Shown here: piece by piece, positions 49,101-61,000 of the stretch
Layout of the letters: every line of letters starts with the position of its first letter
Numbering within the stretch: position 1 is the stretch's first letter
From: Phoronis australis
Lineage: Eukaryota; Animalia; Phoronida
Assembly: GCA_002633005.1 (NCBI GenBank)
Contig: NMRA01000096.1
Coordinates: 558,001 to 622,000 of the forward strand
Length of the DNA stretch: 64,000 nucleotides
Direction of reading: 5' to 3'
Program-made: the position numbers and the translations under genes
The notes under the pieces: model-generated
Seen by the model: the letters and a program-made list of their open reading frames with translations, nothing else
Database searches by the model: none
What the model was told of the DNA's origin: nothing

Positions 49101-50807
49101 CCGACTTAGTTATGATGACTGCATTGTCTGGTACAAGCAAGAACCAATTAAGTGTAATTACCCGACCATAAACACAAAGTAAACACCTCTGCTCGTACAT
49201 ACTGGCATATTTTCAAAATGCATTAACCTACAGTTTTCGCTAAAAACAAATACCACAGTTGTATTCAGATGGAAACGATGGGTACGATTGAAGATAAACG
49301 ACTGTGCGTATTGATATACTTGGTGATTTTCAAACACTGATCAGAGTTAACAATTTCACGTGGATTATTCTTTTCATGTACAACTACAAGCTACATTGAA
49401 ACATCTATAAACAACACACAGTGACTAAATTCGATGTCAATAACTTTTAAAACATAACTTATGGCCCAGTGCATGCTGAAATACTTTACTCCAGGAATAG
49501 TACTAACCGGAAAACTGGTATTCGCGGAAATGCGCCAATTTCGATAGTAAGCTTGTAGTTGTAATGGAACACCTGTGAAGACAACTGAAGATGGCTAGCT
49601 TTGTAGTCAACGAGAGAGTGCAAGCAGTGGATGAGGTTGGTCGGTGGGCAAGAGCTGTGATTTCATTTTGATGACTGTGGAAAAGCTAGAATAGTTATGC
49701 AGTTACTGCAACCAAAATTGTCCAGAGGTTCCAAATCTTCAGTTTGGCTATCACTATATTTGCACTTTTGTATATATTTTATGATTTGAATTCCAATAAA
49801 AATTGAACTTGAACTAATGGCGATGTAGTTTTGTTGGCTGTGACATGTTTAGTGTAGCTGTAATCTAGAAAATTCAGGAATGGGTTCACAATTTACTGAC
49901 TTCTAAGTTGTTTTGATACTTCCTTTAAACAAAAAATAAAAAGACAGCAACCCTAACCGGTCGCGGTGAGAAAAAACAAGTATGAGACAGGAGTACTAAA
50001 ATAAAGTAATGAAAACAGGTATGACACATATTTAAAACCAATGTTCCTTTGGGAAGTGGCCCTTTGTTAAGATCATCGCAAATTAACTTTTTAGTCTGTT
50101 TGTAATATTTAAAATGTACCAAGTTAAAAATACTCTCCACATTGCAGGCTTTAACTCTGTGCAAATGCCAGATCGGAAAAACTGGTGTAATAAAGACCAC
50201 CATTGAAAAGAAAGTAGTGATAGCTACATATTACCTTTCCACTGCATTAGCGCAGATCTTCATCAATACAAATGGGACCTGAATAGGCATCATAAAAGTT
50301 GTATGGGGCTTAGGGAATCAGAGTGGTGACCAGTGTAAGGGAGAAATCCACATTGAAAAATTAATTGAATCTAGACTAGATCATTTACCGGCCATGCAAG
50401 TCCATGTTCTGACATGACAAGTATAGCAGCAACGGATTTTGAGAACAAGTCATATATAAACAATAGCGTACATGTTATTCAATGATTGCCTAAGTGGTTC
50501 TAAAATCATAAGGATACTCAGTTCCTGAAAGCTGTCTCTCCCTGCCTGCCAGTGGGCTTCTAATGACAAGTTACTTCAAAGTATATAGCTAAAAATATAC
50601 CTTGTGATACGTTGTTAGTTGTGAAACGCCATTTAAGTACCTTACAAGGGTATAACAGATAGTATTGATTTTTAGCCAAGAATTTACCCATATTACAGCC
50701 TTACTCCATAGCCGCCACATGCATATCGTAATGGGAATATTAATTCTTACCTGTAAAAGCACCGGCAAAAGTACGCGTAATCTCGTATCGACGCATGATG
50801 GTAACAT
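22178..50807 (-). CDS. Single-pass type I membrane mucin-like glycoprotein (signal peptide, small Cys-rich N-domain, Ser/Thr-rich stalk, TM helix, basic cytoplasmic tail); ~628 aa
   Basis: complement(join(50751..50807,46717..46951,31881..31913,29186..29785,25643..25996,23863..23977,22178..22670)). Introns are GT-AG with compatible phases 0,1,1,1,1,2, total 1887 nt. Signal-like MLPSCVDTRLRVLLPVLLQ|IINHIVLS; TM GYIVLIIISVIVFMAVVIFSVTVIVY followed by stop-transfer RCKKKHR; many NxS/T sites. Confidence 0.82.
30190..30352. mobile_element. 163-bp MITE with 5-bp TSD
   Basis: TIRs cagtggcagatttagg / cctggatctgcccctg. Direct repeat CAGAA at 30185-30189 and 30353-30357. G-rich and C-rich subterminal tracts. 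Confidence 0.75.
31881..31913 (-). CDS. 33-nt frame-preserving microexon of the mucin-like gene (ASTDESVWSIM)
   Basis: Acceptor tgtttctatctacAG, donor GTAAGA, phase 1-1 matching both neighbouring exons, no stop codon. Confidence 0.55.
32228..32284. repeat. 14-bp minisatellite (GAAATTCAAGAAAC)x4
   Basis: Four perfect tandem copies. Confidence 0.95.
35177..35446. mobile_element. 270-bp MITE with 5-bp TSD
   Basis: TIRs catgcgcgtacccag / ctgggtgtacgcatg. Direct repeat AACCC at 35172-35176 and 35447-35451. Poly-G and poly-C subterminal tracts. Confidence 0.78.
36455..36962 (-). mobile_element. Internally deleted Tc1/mariner element
   Basis: TIRs caggatgtccccaaaatg / catttttgagacaccctg (CAGGGTGTC-type). 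The interior has decayed coding-like sequence on the - strand near one end. TA TSD is degenerate. Confidence 0.6.
37335..38666 (-). mobile_element. Complete Pearl/Tsp/DINE-1-like non-autonomous Helentron-associated element (HINE) with an internal ~145-bp tandem array
   Basis: One end reads AACAAGAG + hairpin caacgc-aga-gcgttg + subTIR atgcgcccac. The other end has (GGAC)n-type microsatellite repeats (38520-38618), the palindrome atgcgtccacatat-aa-atatgcaggcgcat and an A-tract. Eight diverged internal monomers, each with a CCACTAGRKGGC-like motif. Confidence 0.82.
39443..43165. repeat. Tandem duplication at N gap (39443-41293 / 41295-43165); likely uncollapsed haplotypes
   Basis: ~1.85-kb near-identical copies joined at the N at 41294. 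The ORF track shows duplicated short ORFs (40631/42514, 40712/42595). Confidence 0.9.
45690..45870. repeat. Isolated decayed monomer of the HINE internal repeat
   Basis: aaattcatgaaaattcattcagg...gaagatacagagtcaaatgtaaaaaacaaaattgccactagg resembles the monomers at 37900-38000 and 38320-38400. Confidence 0.6.
48989..50345 (+). mobile_element. Dispersed repeat / decayed TE, homologous to 58650-60540
   Basis: Shared blocks: ccaggatcaaagagagcgcggcgc, gggtacgattgaagataaac, ccaaatcttcagtttgg, ttcctttgggaagtggccctttg, agggaatcagag. Confidence 0.75.
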
Positions 50808-51483
50808 GATTTTTTGTAGTTAATCTGGCTAACTCAAACGTTCTTCACGAGTCATCTCTATTCCAGACCAGTTCGTATTCATTTCCTTGTTGACAGTACG
50901 GTAACCTCGCAATTCCTGATTGGTAAACAGACTTATCGATTTTGTGGGTGGTGATTCATCAGACGAGATTCACGTCAATCACAGAGTAGGACTCAACGGA
51001 AACCGAAAGTCATTTTGTCAGACTACGCGCACCTGTTTTAAATATATTTCACTCTCACACGTAACATAGGGAACTCCGTGATCCACCAGTCAAAGATGTT
51101 TACAGCCGCTAAGTTCTGCCTAATAACTCATGCAGTAGCCGAGCAAGAGCAATAGAAACGCCATCTATGTTCTTTTACGACTCTTGTTTTTTGCATATCT
51201 TTGAAACAAACATGTAAAATAAAGCGATAAAAATACACTTAACACTTACAATTTGGTCCTTTAAAGGCCAATTTGTGATACAAATTCTTAAAAATGAAAG
51301 CTTTTGGTTATATTTGACTTGTAAATGAACGTTTTGACGATTTACGGTAGCGACTTTTTTACGCTAGTAACAGGATTCCGGTAAATAAACATGCCCTGAA
51401 CTCTACCTGTGTTTCGGCGTTACAGTGTAAAGAGATGAATTGCAGTCTTCGCTGAGAGTTTAAGTGGCAAGAAGTGCGTAAGT
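50808..51483. promoter_or_regulatory. Probable bidirectional promoter between the mucin-like gene (-) and the PLAT gene (+)
   Basis: CpG-enriched. CCAAT box on the - strand at 50919-50923. RFX X-box-like half sites (cggtaac ~50899, ctagtaac ~51364). Candidate + strand non-coding exon donors at 51381 (GTAAAT) and 51478 (GTAAGT). Confidence 0.45.
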
Positions 51484-51720
51484 TTAGTGTTTTGAATTAT
51501 CTTGAAACGGAAGTCGTAAACCTCGATAGTAATCAAGGAATCTGATAGGCAATTACATCGCCCTGGATGTCGCAGGCATAGACACCGTGACCTAAACTCT
51601 TAAGTCGTGAATATAAACATAATAAGCAGCTGATTGTCATACTATCCAATGTGCTCTAGCAACTGTCATGTGATGTCATGGACATATATCAGCCTTCACA
51701 AATATACGTGTTTTGCCAAT

Positions 51721-52195
51721 CAGGCCTTTATCCAGGATTTTGAAAATAGGGTGCCCAAAATGGGTTCCCAATATTCCAGGGCGTCCATGATTCCGACATG
51801 TAACCCCCCACCCCCAGCAATACCCCCAAACACACAGAATTTTTTACAAAAAAATGCATAGATCAAGGTTGTTACATCTAAGTTTATGAAACAGCCTTCT
51901 ATGGTGAGCATTTTACTAAAAAATGTGTAGACCAAGACTTTTACAATGCTGTCAATCAAGTGTCAAAATAGCAACAATGCATATACTTTGTATATGCATT
52001 GTATATTTCTTCCTGCTTTGAAAAAGAGCCCCCACTGTGAGCCTTCAGAGGCTAACTACAATGTGTGAGTCCAAACTTCAAAAGTTCTTATTGACAGTGG
52101 GGGTCTAAATGATACATTGGGCGTCCTTGCCATGGTCCAGATTAGTGCTAGGGCATCCATTTGGAAGCCCAGGAGGTACGCTGCATAAAGGCCTG
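51721..52195. mobile_element. hAT-type MITE, 475 bp, with perfect 8-bp TSD
   Basis: TIRs caggcctttatccag / ctgcataaaggcctg. TSD TTGCCAAT at 51713-51720 and 52196-52203. Confidence 0.88.
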
Positions 52196-53649
52196 TTGCC
52201 AATCTTAATCCTTGTTTGTCTCCGAAAGCAGAGTTTTGAAACGGTCGCTGATGTCACCAGGCATTTTGAATGAGGCCCTAAAGTCGTGACCCGTTCGTTT
52301 AGACGAAAATACAGGAAGCAAGACCACCCAAGTCAACTACAGGGCTTACAGTTACTCTAGATGACATAAAAATGTATTGCATTGTTTATTAATTCAGTTT
52401 CAATTGAAATAAACTGTTTATAGTCCTGATACCTTTCATCGTCAGGCTCCAAAGGTCGTCCGCCATCTTCTTTCGCGTGCAGCGCAGCCACGCAGGACTT
52501 AGCGTTCTGATTTGGAGTGCTCGTCTCCATGTTAGGTACTAACCTCTCGGGAGAAATGCGCATGGAAGAACTGAGACTAAAAATAATGCATTTACCGACT
52601 GTTTTTTGAGACCACTTAATTACTTGTAGATTTTACTAATGCACTTTTTTGTTCATTTTCAGAAGATATTTTTCGAAATAAAATTTTCTTCAGACGGAAC
52701 ATAAAACAACTCAGGGATTGTTTATGCAATGTATCTATTTGTCCCAGGTACTAACCGACACCTGCTAGGCCAAAGGAAGACAAATGGAACACGCTGGCTG
52801 CTTAAGAGTTTTGGCCCACGCCTTGGTCATTAAAATATTGTCCACTTGTTTTTTATTGCAAAACAAAGTACTGAGCTCAACATTTATGTTGAAATTTTTG
52901 GTTAAAGCATTTTGAATTTATTTGAAGAAAATTAAAATACTTGAATTGATTGAAAATGGCCACCAATAAAGTAAAACATTGACTTTATTTCACTATATTG
53001 CATTGTTACATACAACACAGTATGACATAATCAAAAATAAAATAAGAGATTGAGCAATAAAATGCAAATGCAACTTGGGTATTTGCATAAGTAAAAGAAA
53101 ACGTTTGAATCAACGAATACTATGTATTTGTGAGAGTTAAATCAAATCCTATTCAGATCATAACTTTGAAGTGGAATAATTGGGTGATTACGACAACAAG
53201 CCGGTTTTATGCTTAGGCGGACGACCATTGGGTTCCCAAGTATATGTTTTGCACCCAACTTTGATGCGCACAGACTTTTTCAGTGAGGTTGTTCACGTAA
53301 AACGCTAAGAACTCAGCATCAATTATCTCTCTGTATTTTATTAGTTTGGCCTTACAAAGCTTGACCGACCCTGGGACATTTTGATACATTGTTCAAGCTA
53401 CCCCTGGAGCGCGTGTTTGAGTAAATCTGAACCATGAATATTTTTGAAAATATATCCCAAAAATGTACAAAAAAGTGGATTAGATATTTTGAATATCAAC
53501 ATGTCCGGGTATTCGTTTGGCGTTCGTAAGCAGACGAACGCTGGAAACTTCAACGCTAGATGTCGCTGGACCATGCAGAAACAGAAATAAGATTGTTCAC
53601 GACTTTAGGGCACTCAGGTCTTTAGGACCTCTGACGGTATATCCCCTTA

Positions 53650-53982
53650 AAAAGTTACACATTTCAAAATACAGCAAATAATTCGAAGGAAACATGCATA
53701 AATGCACTTGCAGTTATAGTTAACACATACCACGACTCTGAATACAATTTAGTCAACATAACTTCAACATATCCATGAAAATCTGTTGCGGTTCACTTGA
53801 GTTTCTCTCAACACCAATGTGTGCCATTTTGAGGAAGTTACGAGAAATCACGCCTGTTAATGAACAAAAAGTCCAAGGGACACAAAACTCACAAATTCCA
53901 CCTAATATCTTCCAATGCTGTTTTCGAAGTGTCACGCGACAGCGTCACACGTTTAGCTCAGTCTCATGCTAGCCTTTGCCTA
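53650..53982 (+). repeat. Dispersed interspersed repeat, homolog of 2556-2875
   Basis: Diverged inverted match to 2556-2875, ending in gctcagtctcatgctagcctttgcctaa. Confidence 0.75.
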
Positions 53983-55000
53983 AGTCTGGGACCGCTGTAT
54001 CCGACCAGTGGCATTGACACTCAACTCGTGACACTGTCAAGGAATTGACACATGATGACGTAGTTACAGTCGCCAGCGAGGGTAGCAATAGCTGGTCCAC
54101 CAGTCTACATCAGCTCTGGCTCCAAACATAGCTGAAGCACTGTGTTGAAAAAAGTGGAAATTTGAAATAACAATAGCGAACCCATGATAAACAGTGTACA
54201 TCGTGTATGTTTTAGAATTGAAATCAGTGTGTGATGAATAGGTTGCGATCGATGTAACTTCTATGTTGCAAGGAATCCATGCTTGACCTGGAAAAAGCAC
54301 ATTTTCTTGGTGGTATAGGAATTCTCATGCATTTTTAAGACCTGTTCAGAACAATGACATGAAAATAGCATTTACAGACCTTGCTACGTCAAAGCCTAGG
54401 CTGGCTAGACAAGGTGGTTTACTACCACAGTCTCCTTGGACATAAAGGAATTCTGGTGACTGCAGGGTAGGACCCAGCCAAACAGCAAGTCAAGTCTATT
54501 CTTAAAGAAGTGCCCCAGTTAACTGAGCTTGTAAATCTTTGTTAGAATGTAGGGCGCCTGAAATTATTTCATCCAGACTAGGCTTATTGCATTGAATCAC
54601 AATAAAGGTTATGGCAATGCCCTGTCTGTAGGTGACTGGAGTGAGTGGGGTGTAATTTGCAAGAACTGAAATTACCAAAGCTCCGGCATATTCCTCTCAG
54701 GGATTATCACATTTCAAAATCATATGGGAATCTGAAACTTAAACACATTATCTGAGGCAGTGTGTATTCCTAATGGGGGCGTTCCAAGTAAAGTTACTCC
54801 AACTTGTGTATGGATGAGCCCACACCCTGAGCAGAATGTCTTTTGGGAAATGGTGACAACTTTGCAGAATCAACAGAATTTTGTTATAAAATACTCAAAA
54901 CTGCTATAGAAGTGCAACCATATAATGAAATTTCATATTACTGATGGGTGACAGGTGAAAATAACTTTTTCATCTTGTTTTTTTGTAGAACCTTGTGAAA

Positions 55001-58000
55001 ATGGATGATTGGGTATGTGATGAGTACTTGCCACCAGATGTCAGGCCTCGGATGGAAGGTCATAGGCGGAGCCATTGGAATCACATGGCCAACCCGTACA
55101 CATTTTATAGGACACCGTATTCTAATTATGACAGCAGGGTCTATACGTGGGCGGGACCCATTAACCCTAAGCTGTATGGTCAGTCATTGAATGCTTTAGC
55201 ATATGAGACTGAAGCCAGCTTGTGTCGACTTTCACTGCAAATCGCTCGAGAAAACCAACCATGTTGGGAGTATGGCTTGAAGCACTGGCATCCTAATAAC
55301 AAAACTAAAAAAGGTGACTATTTTACGCTACATTAGTATGGTTTACTGTATCAAATTAATTATAAAATCTTGATTTTCACTCTCTAAACAGATTCTTCAA
55401 AATGGGGAGTATCATTTTTTGCGTTCCAAAGCAATTCTTAGCACAGTCAGAAATTTTGCCATCTGAATAACTGATGATCAATGCCTCCATCAAATGTAAT
55501 AAATTTCCATATTTTTGTAATGTGCAACCGTTGTAGTTTGTCTTCTTAAGGACTGTGTATTCATTTTGCCGATTGAATTGAAAACGAAAAGTGTTTAAAT
55601 GTTCTTTTCTGTGTTGTTCATTGTTAGGTTTATGTGAACCCCTAATTAAAATGCTGACTTCATAAGATATTTAAGTAAGAAGCGACTTTCTGTCCGTAAT
55701 TGTGAAACGAGAAGTGTGTGCATGTATCCAAGTTAGGTGCATGATCACACTGATTCCATTCATAGTTACGTGTCTCAAACCAGTCATAAGTTGTGTACGA
55801 TTTTATCTTTAATAAAAAATGAACTGGTTCTTTACACTGTTTAACTTTTTTGTAAATTACCATGTCAATTACAAGTTCCTGTTTAAAATGACTCATCACT
55901 TAGACCTTGACATTACCAATTTTGTATTTATAGTATGATGTGGTGTTTAACTTTGAGAATACTAATTGAAATTTTGCAAACATTTATTCCCTTTAGCTGA
56001 ACAAGTCCGTCAACTAAAGGCCAAAGAGAAACCAACTCTAGTGTCAAATGGTCTGTGGCAGAATAGAGACGTTGTGTTCGCTAGTAGTGAATGTCTGGAT
56101 CGTCCCTATGAGAGGCCTACATCAGCACCACCTGTTGTTAAATCACCAAGAGATGAGGATGACTCATTAGCTGGTTTGTTGCTTGCTTCAAATGAATCAG
56201 TATATGTTCGATTCCAATATCAGAACTTTTTCTTATGGTTAATTAAAGTTTTGCATATAGACTGAACTTTTCCCAGCCTTTATTTTCATCAAACTTGTAA
56301 TAGAATGAAAGTGAATCCCAGAAATTGCTACACATTACAAATCCAGCAGATGAACAAACTTGTTGACATGTTCATCACGTTCTTGAGGTCAGATATAAAA
56401 CAACTGGAATTACCCCCGCACAGCTTTAAGTCGCACTATGTGCTTGAGCAGACTGTCTAGGAGTAATGTCATCACATAAATTAAGAGTGTCTATCTTTAA
56501 AATACATAGCTCATCAGCTGTTGTTTTTCTATAAAGAAGCTTGTCTGTCCAGTGTACAACTTCCCAAAATGCATCCTTAGGATGTCAATTAACGCACTGT
56601 CTAGGCATCAGAAAAAGTCATTTATTTGTGTCACTTGATATTAGTATTACAAGAATTTCTACAATTTTATGCTCCATGCTTTTTCATGCACCCTTTGACC
56701 GAGTGCCACAAGACTTATTCCATGCTACTTGCTGTTTCAGGACCTTTTAACGCTTATTGTTACCTCTGTTCAACCCAAGAAGAACATCGGAAACATCTTA
56801 AGACAACACAGGTACGACTGAACCTTGAGCAGATTTAAAGCCAAACTTCAATGGAATTTTGTTATTTTAGATGTATTGGGCTAACTAAAAAGTCCTAGCA
56901 AAGCCTTAGTAAAATAAGAAAACGTGAGTTCAATCACGCAAATGTAAGCCCGTCAAATGATAAGTGAAGTTGCCTTTTTGTGCCATGTTGGGTCAGAACG
57001 AGATCCCAGCACAAACAACAAAAGGTTGTATTGAATAGGGGACCGAGTAGAACACTATTGCGTGTTGGGGGTTATTCGCAACTGTTTGAATTAAAAGGTG
57101 ATTCTCGCGGTGACATAGACAAAAGCAAACCACTACGCCTAACAGTTTGCTACATTTGGCAATTTATGGCCCTAGTGGGCTCAGAGCGATGCTCTTAATA
57201 TACTGTAGGAACCAAATTTACAGGACTGGTGTCACCATTGAAGAAAGGCTTTAAACTGTTACATCAAAACAATAGAATACATCATTGGTCTATTATTTGA
57301 GGTTTAGCTCTTGAACTTTGTAGATAATTCATGAGGCACTATGTATCCCCATCCATCAACATTGAATGCTTTTTACCCAGTGCGATTTGTATAGCTAGTT
57401 ACGACAGCTCTCAGACTTTTATAACGACATCATTTGGGGATTATAGGGAACAGAGACGGATGCCTGTGATACCACTGCCTACAAAAATACAGTTAAACAA
57501 AAATTATATGCTGCGCATGCCACTTTTTTGCTTTGTGGTCTGTAAAAACTGAATCCGTCATTGAAAATTTAATCTTTTCAATGTTGGAGTGACAAAACTC
57601 CTAACTAGCATCTTAATGAAAAAGAAACTCTTGATGCTCCTTTGTTGAGTATAGTCCCAGCAGCTTCCTCTGTAGACCTGTTGAGTCATAGTAATAGACT
57701 GACTAGGCTTGTGTAGTAAACTCCACAACAGAGCGCTTATCTGACTCATCTTAATCTCCACAAAGAATAGACAGTTTTGAATAGGAGAGCACCTAATGTG
57801 GGTTGTATTTTTTTCCGAATGACAGTTGTGTCAAATTGACAATGGTTTCATGTTTCTGGTTTTTGCAAGCGAGGCACTTTAACAGGTGTCGCATGTAAGA
57901 CGGTGGCAGAGTATCGGTTAAGCTAAGTAAGCTGTTGTTTAGAGCCCCTCACAATTCAGAGCCCCTGTCTCATGGCGTGGAAGGTCGAAAATTTTGGCTA

Positions 58001-61000
58001 CCCAGTTAGAGGGGGATGAAAAGTGACAATGGTCGAGGATAGGGGTATTTATGATGACTGGGGAGAAGGAAGGTGGTTCCCTCTGAAATTGCCAAAGTCC
58101 ACCTGAATTTTTTATAGCCGAGTGCTCCAAGAAACTTACATCTGACAACGTCTCAACTCTAACTGTTTACAGTACACCCCTGTCAAAAACATAGTGGAAT
58201 CTTTTTGCCAATATACAACTGCTCTTCAAATCTTGACTCTACACGTCCTTAATTCTTAATTGTATGCCTGTCTTCTCCATTTCGTTTTTAGAGAAAAACA
58301 TCCAACCCCAAGCCCAGAACAATGTATATTGCTCCGCCTCCTACTGTGAGAAAGAAGAAACAGGAGGACAAACCTCATGAAAAGCATGATGTGTCCTACA
58401 GGGTGGTGGTGACAACTGGAAAGGAGACAAAAGGGGGCACTGATGCTAATGTAAGTGCTTGACTACAGTAAAATGTCACCAATTGTAGACAAAAATAATC
58501 ATGTCAAAATTGACTGGTTTATATTTTGTTCCTTTGTTGTGTTTACCAACAATTTTTTAAGATATTGTATGGTGGTAGCTACGTGGTAAATCATAAAAAT
58601 ATTTGGTGTTGCATTAATCTTTTATGAAAAAATGAGACAATAAAATGTCGATTTTCCGCCGGAAGTCACGCATTTCTAAAGATATGCGGGAATTTTTACC
58701 GCTCGTCCTGAGCGGCTTGTACCAGGATCAAAGAGAGCGCGGCGCCGGAATCTGGTACAGTTGTGATTACCACATTGCTCGATGCGAGCAAGACCCAATT
58801 AAGTGTAATTACGCGACCATAAACTGTATTAAACATCTCTGACTGTTATAAACGAACACCATGGTGGTATTTAGCCGGAAAAAACAACCAAGTACAAGTT
58901 TCGTTTTTTAAAAAATCGATGAACTAATAATCTGAAAACTACAACCATTGGGTACGATTGAAGATAAACTACCGCCAGTATTGATATACTCGGTGGATAT
59001 ACAAACGCTGATCAGAGTTAACAATATCACACGGATTCATTTTTTAATATTCTTTCAATCTCGTTTAACCAGATTTTTGATTACGAAATAGTTGTACTAA
59101 ACTTGTGCCCACTTTTCATTTTTATTACTGACAAAGAGCTAGAATAGTTACATAGTCAGTGTCACCGAAATTGTCCAGAGATTCCAAATCTTCAGTTTGG
59201 TTATCACCATATTTGCACTTTTGTATATTTTTTATGATTTGAGTTCTAATAAAGATTAAACTTTAATGACACGTGAAATATTTAGTGTATCTGTAATGTG
59301 GAAAGTTTAGGGATGGGCTCACAATGAACTTAACTAATTAAGTTTAGCTGGCAATCAAAATCTACCACTGTTTTCGTACTTCAAGTTCAAAACTTAGGTA
59401 AAAAGTTATCAACCCGTTCCCAGTAAAAAAAACAAGTGGGCTGAAGCATTAAAAATTAAATATCAAAAACCAATATGAAACTTATCATTCCTTTGGGAAG
59501 TGGCCCTTTGTGAAGATAAACACAAGTTAACCTTTTTAGCCACTTTGTAATATTTATAATGTACCAAGTTAAACCTATTCTCCTGAGTTGCAGGCTATAA
59601 CTCTGCAAACGTCCATGCTGTGAATAATACGCTTACATGAAAGTCACACATTTCTAACGATGTGCGTGAAAGATCAAAGAGAGTGCGGCGCCAGAGTCGA
59701 ACTCAGTTGCCCTGACCGCATTGTCCATTGCGAGCAAGACCTAGTTAAGTTTAATTACCCGACCATAACCTATAGTAAACATCTTTGCCTGTATATACTG
59801 GCGAATTTTCAAAATGCATTAACCAACAGTTTTCATTAAAAACAGATACCACAGCTGTATTCAGATGGAAAAACAACCACGATTGGTTTTTGATTTTTAC
59901 AAATCGATGAACGTTTAAGCTAAAACTACAAACATTGGGTACCATTGAAGATAAATGATTGTGCGTATTGATATACTCGGTGATTTACAAACACCGATCA
60001 GAGTTAACAATGTCTCGTAAATTATTCTTTTAATATACCAACTAAGCTACATTGAAACATTTATAAACAACACACAGTGACTAAATTAGATGTCAGTAAC
60101 TTTTAAAACATTGCTTATAGCTCAGTGCATGTCGAACTACTTTACTCCAGGAGTTGTAGTACACTAACCGGAAAACTGCTATTCGCTGAAATGCACCAAT
60201 TTCGATAGTTAGCTTGTAGTTGTAATGGGACACCTGTGAAGACAACTATGATGGCTGCTTTATAGTCAACGAGAGAGTGCCAGTAGTAGATGAGGTTGTC
60301 GGTGGGCAAGAGCTGTGATTTCATTTTTTTATGACTGACAAAAATGCTAGAATGATTATGTAGCTGAATAGGCTCCATAAAAGTTGTTTGGGGTTTAGGG
60401 AATCAGAGAGGTGACTAGTGTAAGTGAGAAATTCTCCCACATGCAGCGAAAACCAAATGGGGGGGGGGGTATTAACAACAACCATGATGGTTGAGACAGT
60501 AATTACCTTTCCACTTCATTAGCTCAGATCTACATCATTACTTGTTACCATACTTGTTTGCAATGAATGGTTTATCATTCTGGTGTATATTTGTTATGAA
60601 AACTAACCACAAATTCTTTCACTCTTGAAAGTGATGGTGTGCAACATTGTGCATACAATAAACATGAAGACACGGATGAAAACAGAATTTGTTGTCAGTT
60701 TGTCGGTCGTAATATAGCCAGAACATATATCACTGAATTTGAAAGATTCCTACACCAGCTTTTGTCTTATGTTTTGTAAAGCATCACAAATAACCTTTAG
60801 CTGAGTGGCACTGTGAACTGATAATGATAATGATAATGATAATGATGTTTAGTAGGAATATGTGTGTGTCTCGGCACTGTACAAAGCTGTATTGTGTGTT
60901 CCTTATTTAGAATTACCATACTTCTCGAGGTTCACACCCATGTTCGACTTAATACCCATGCCCAAAAGTAACTGCGCATTGTTGTTGTGTTCATTAGCAA

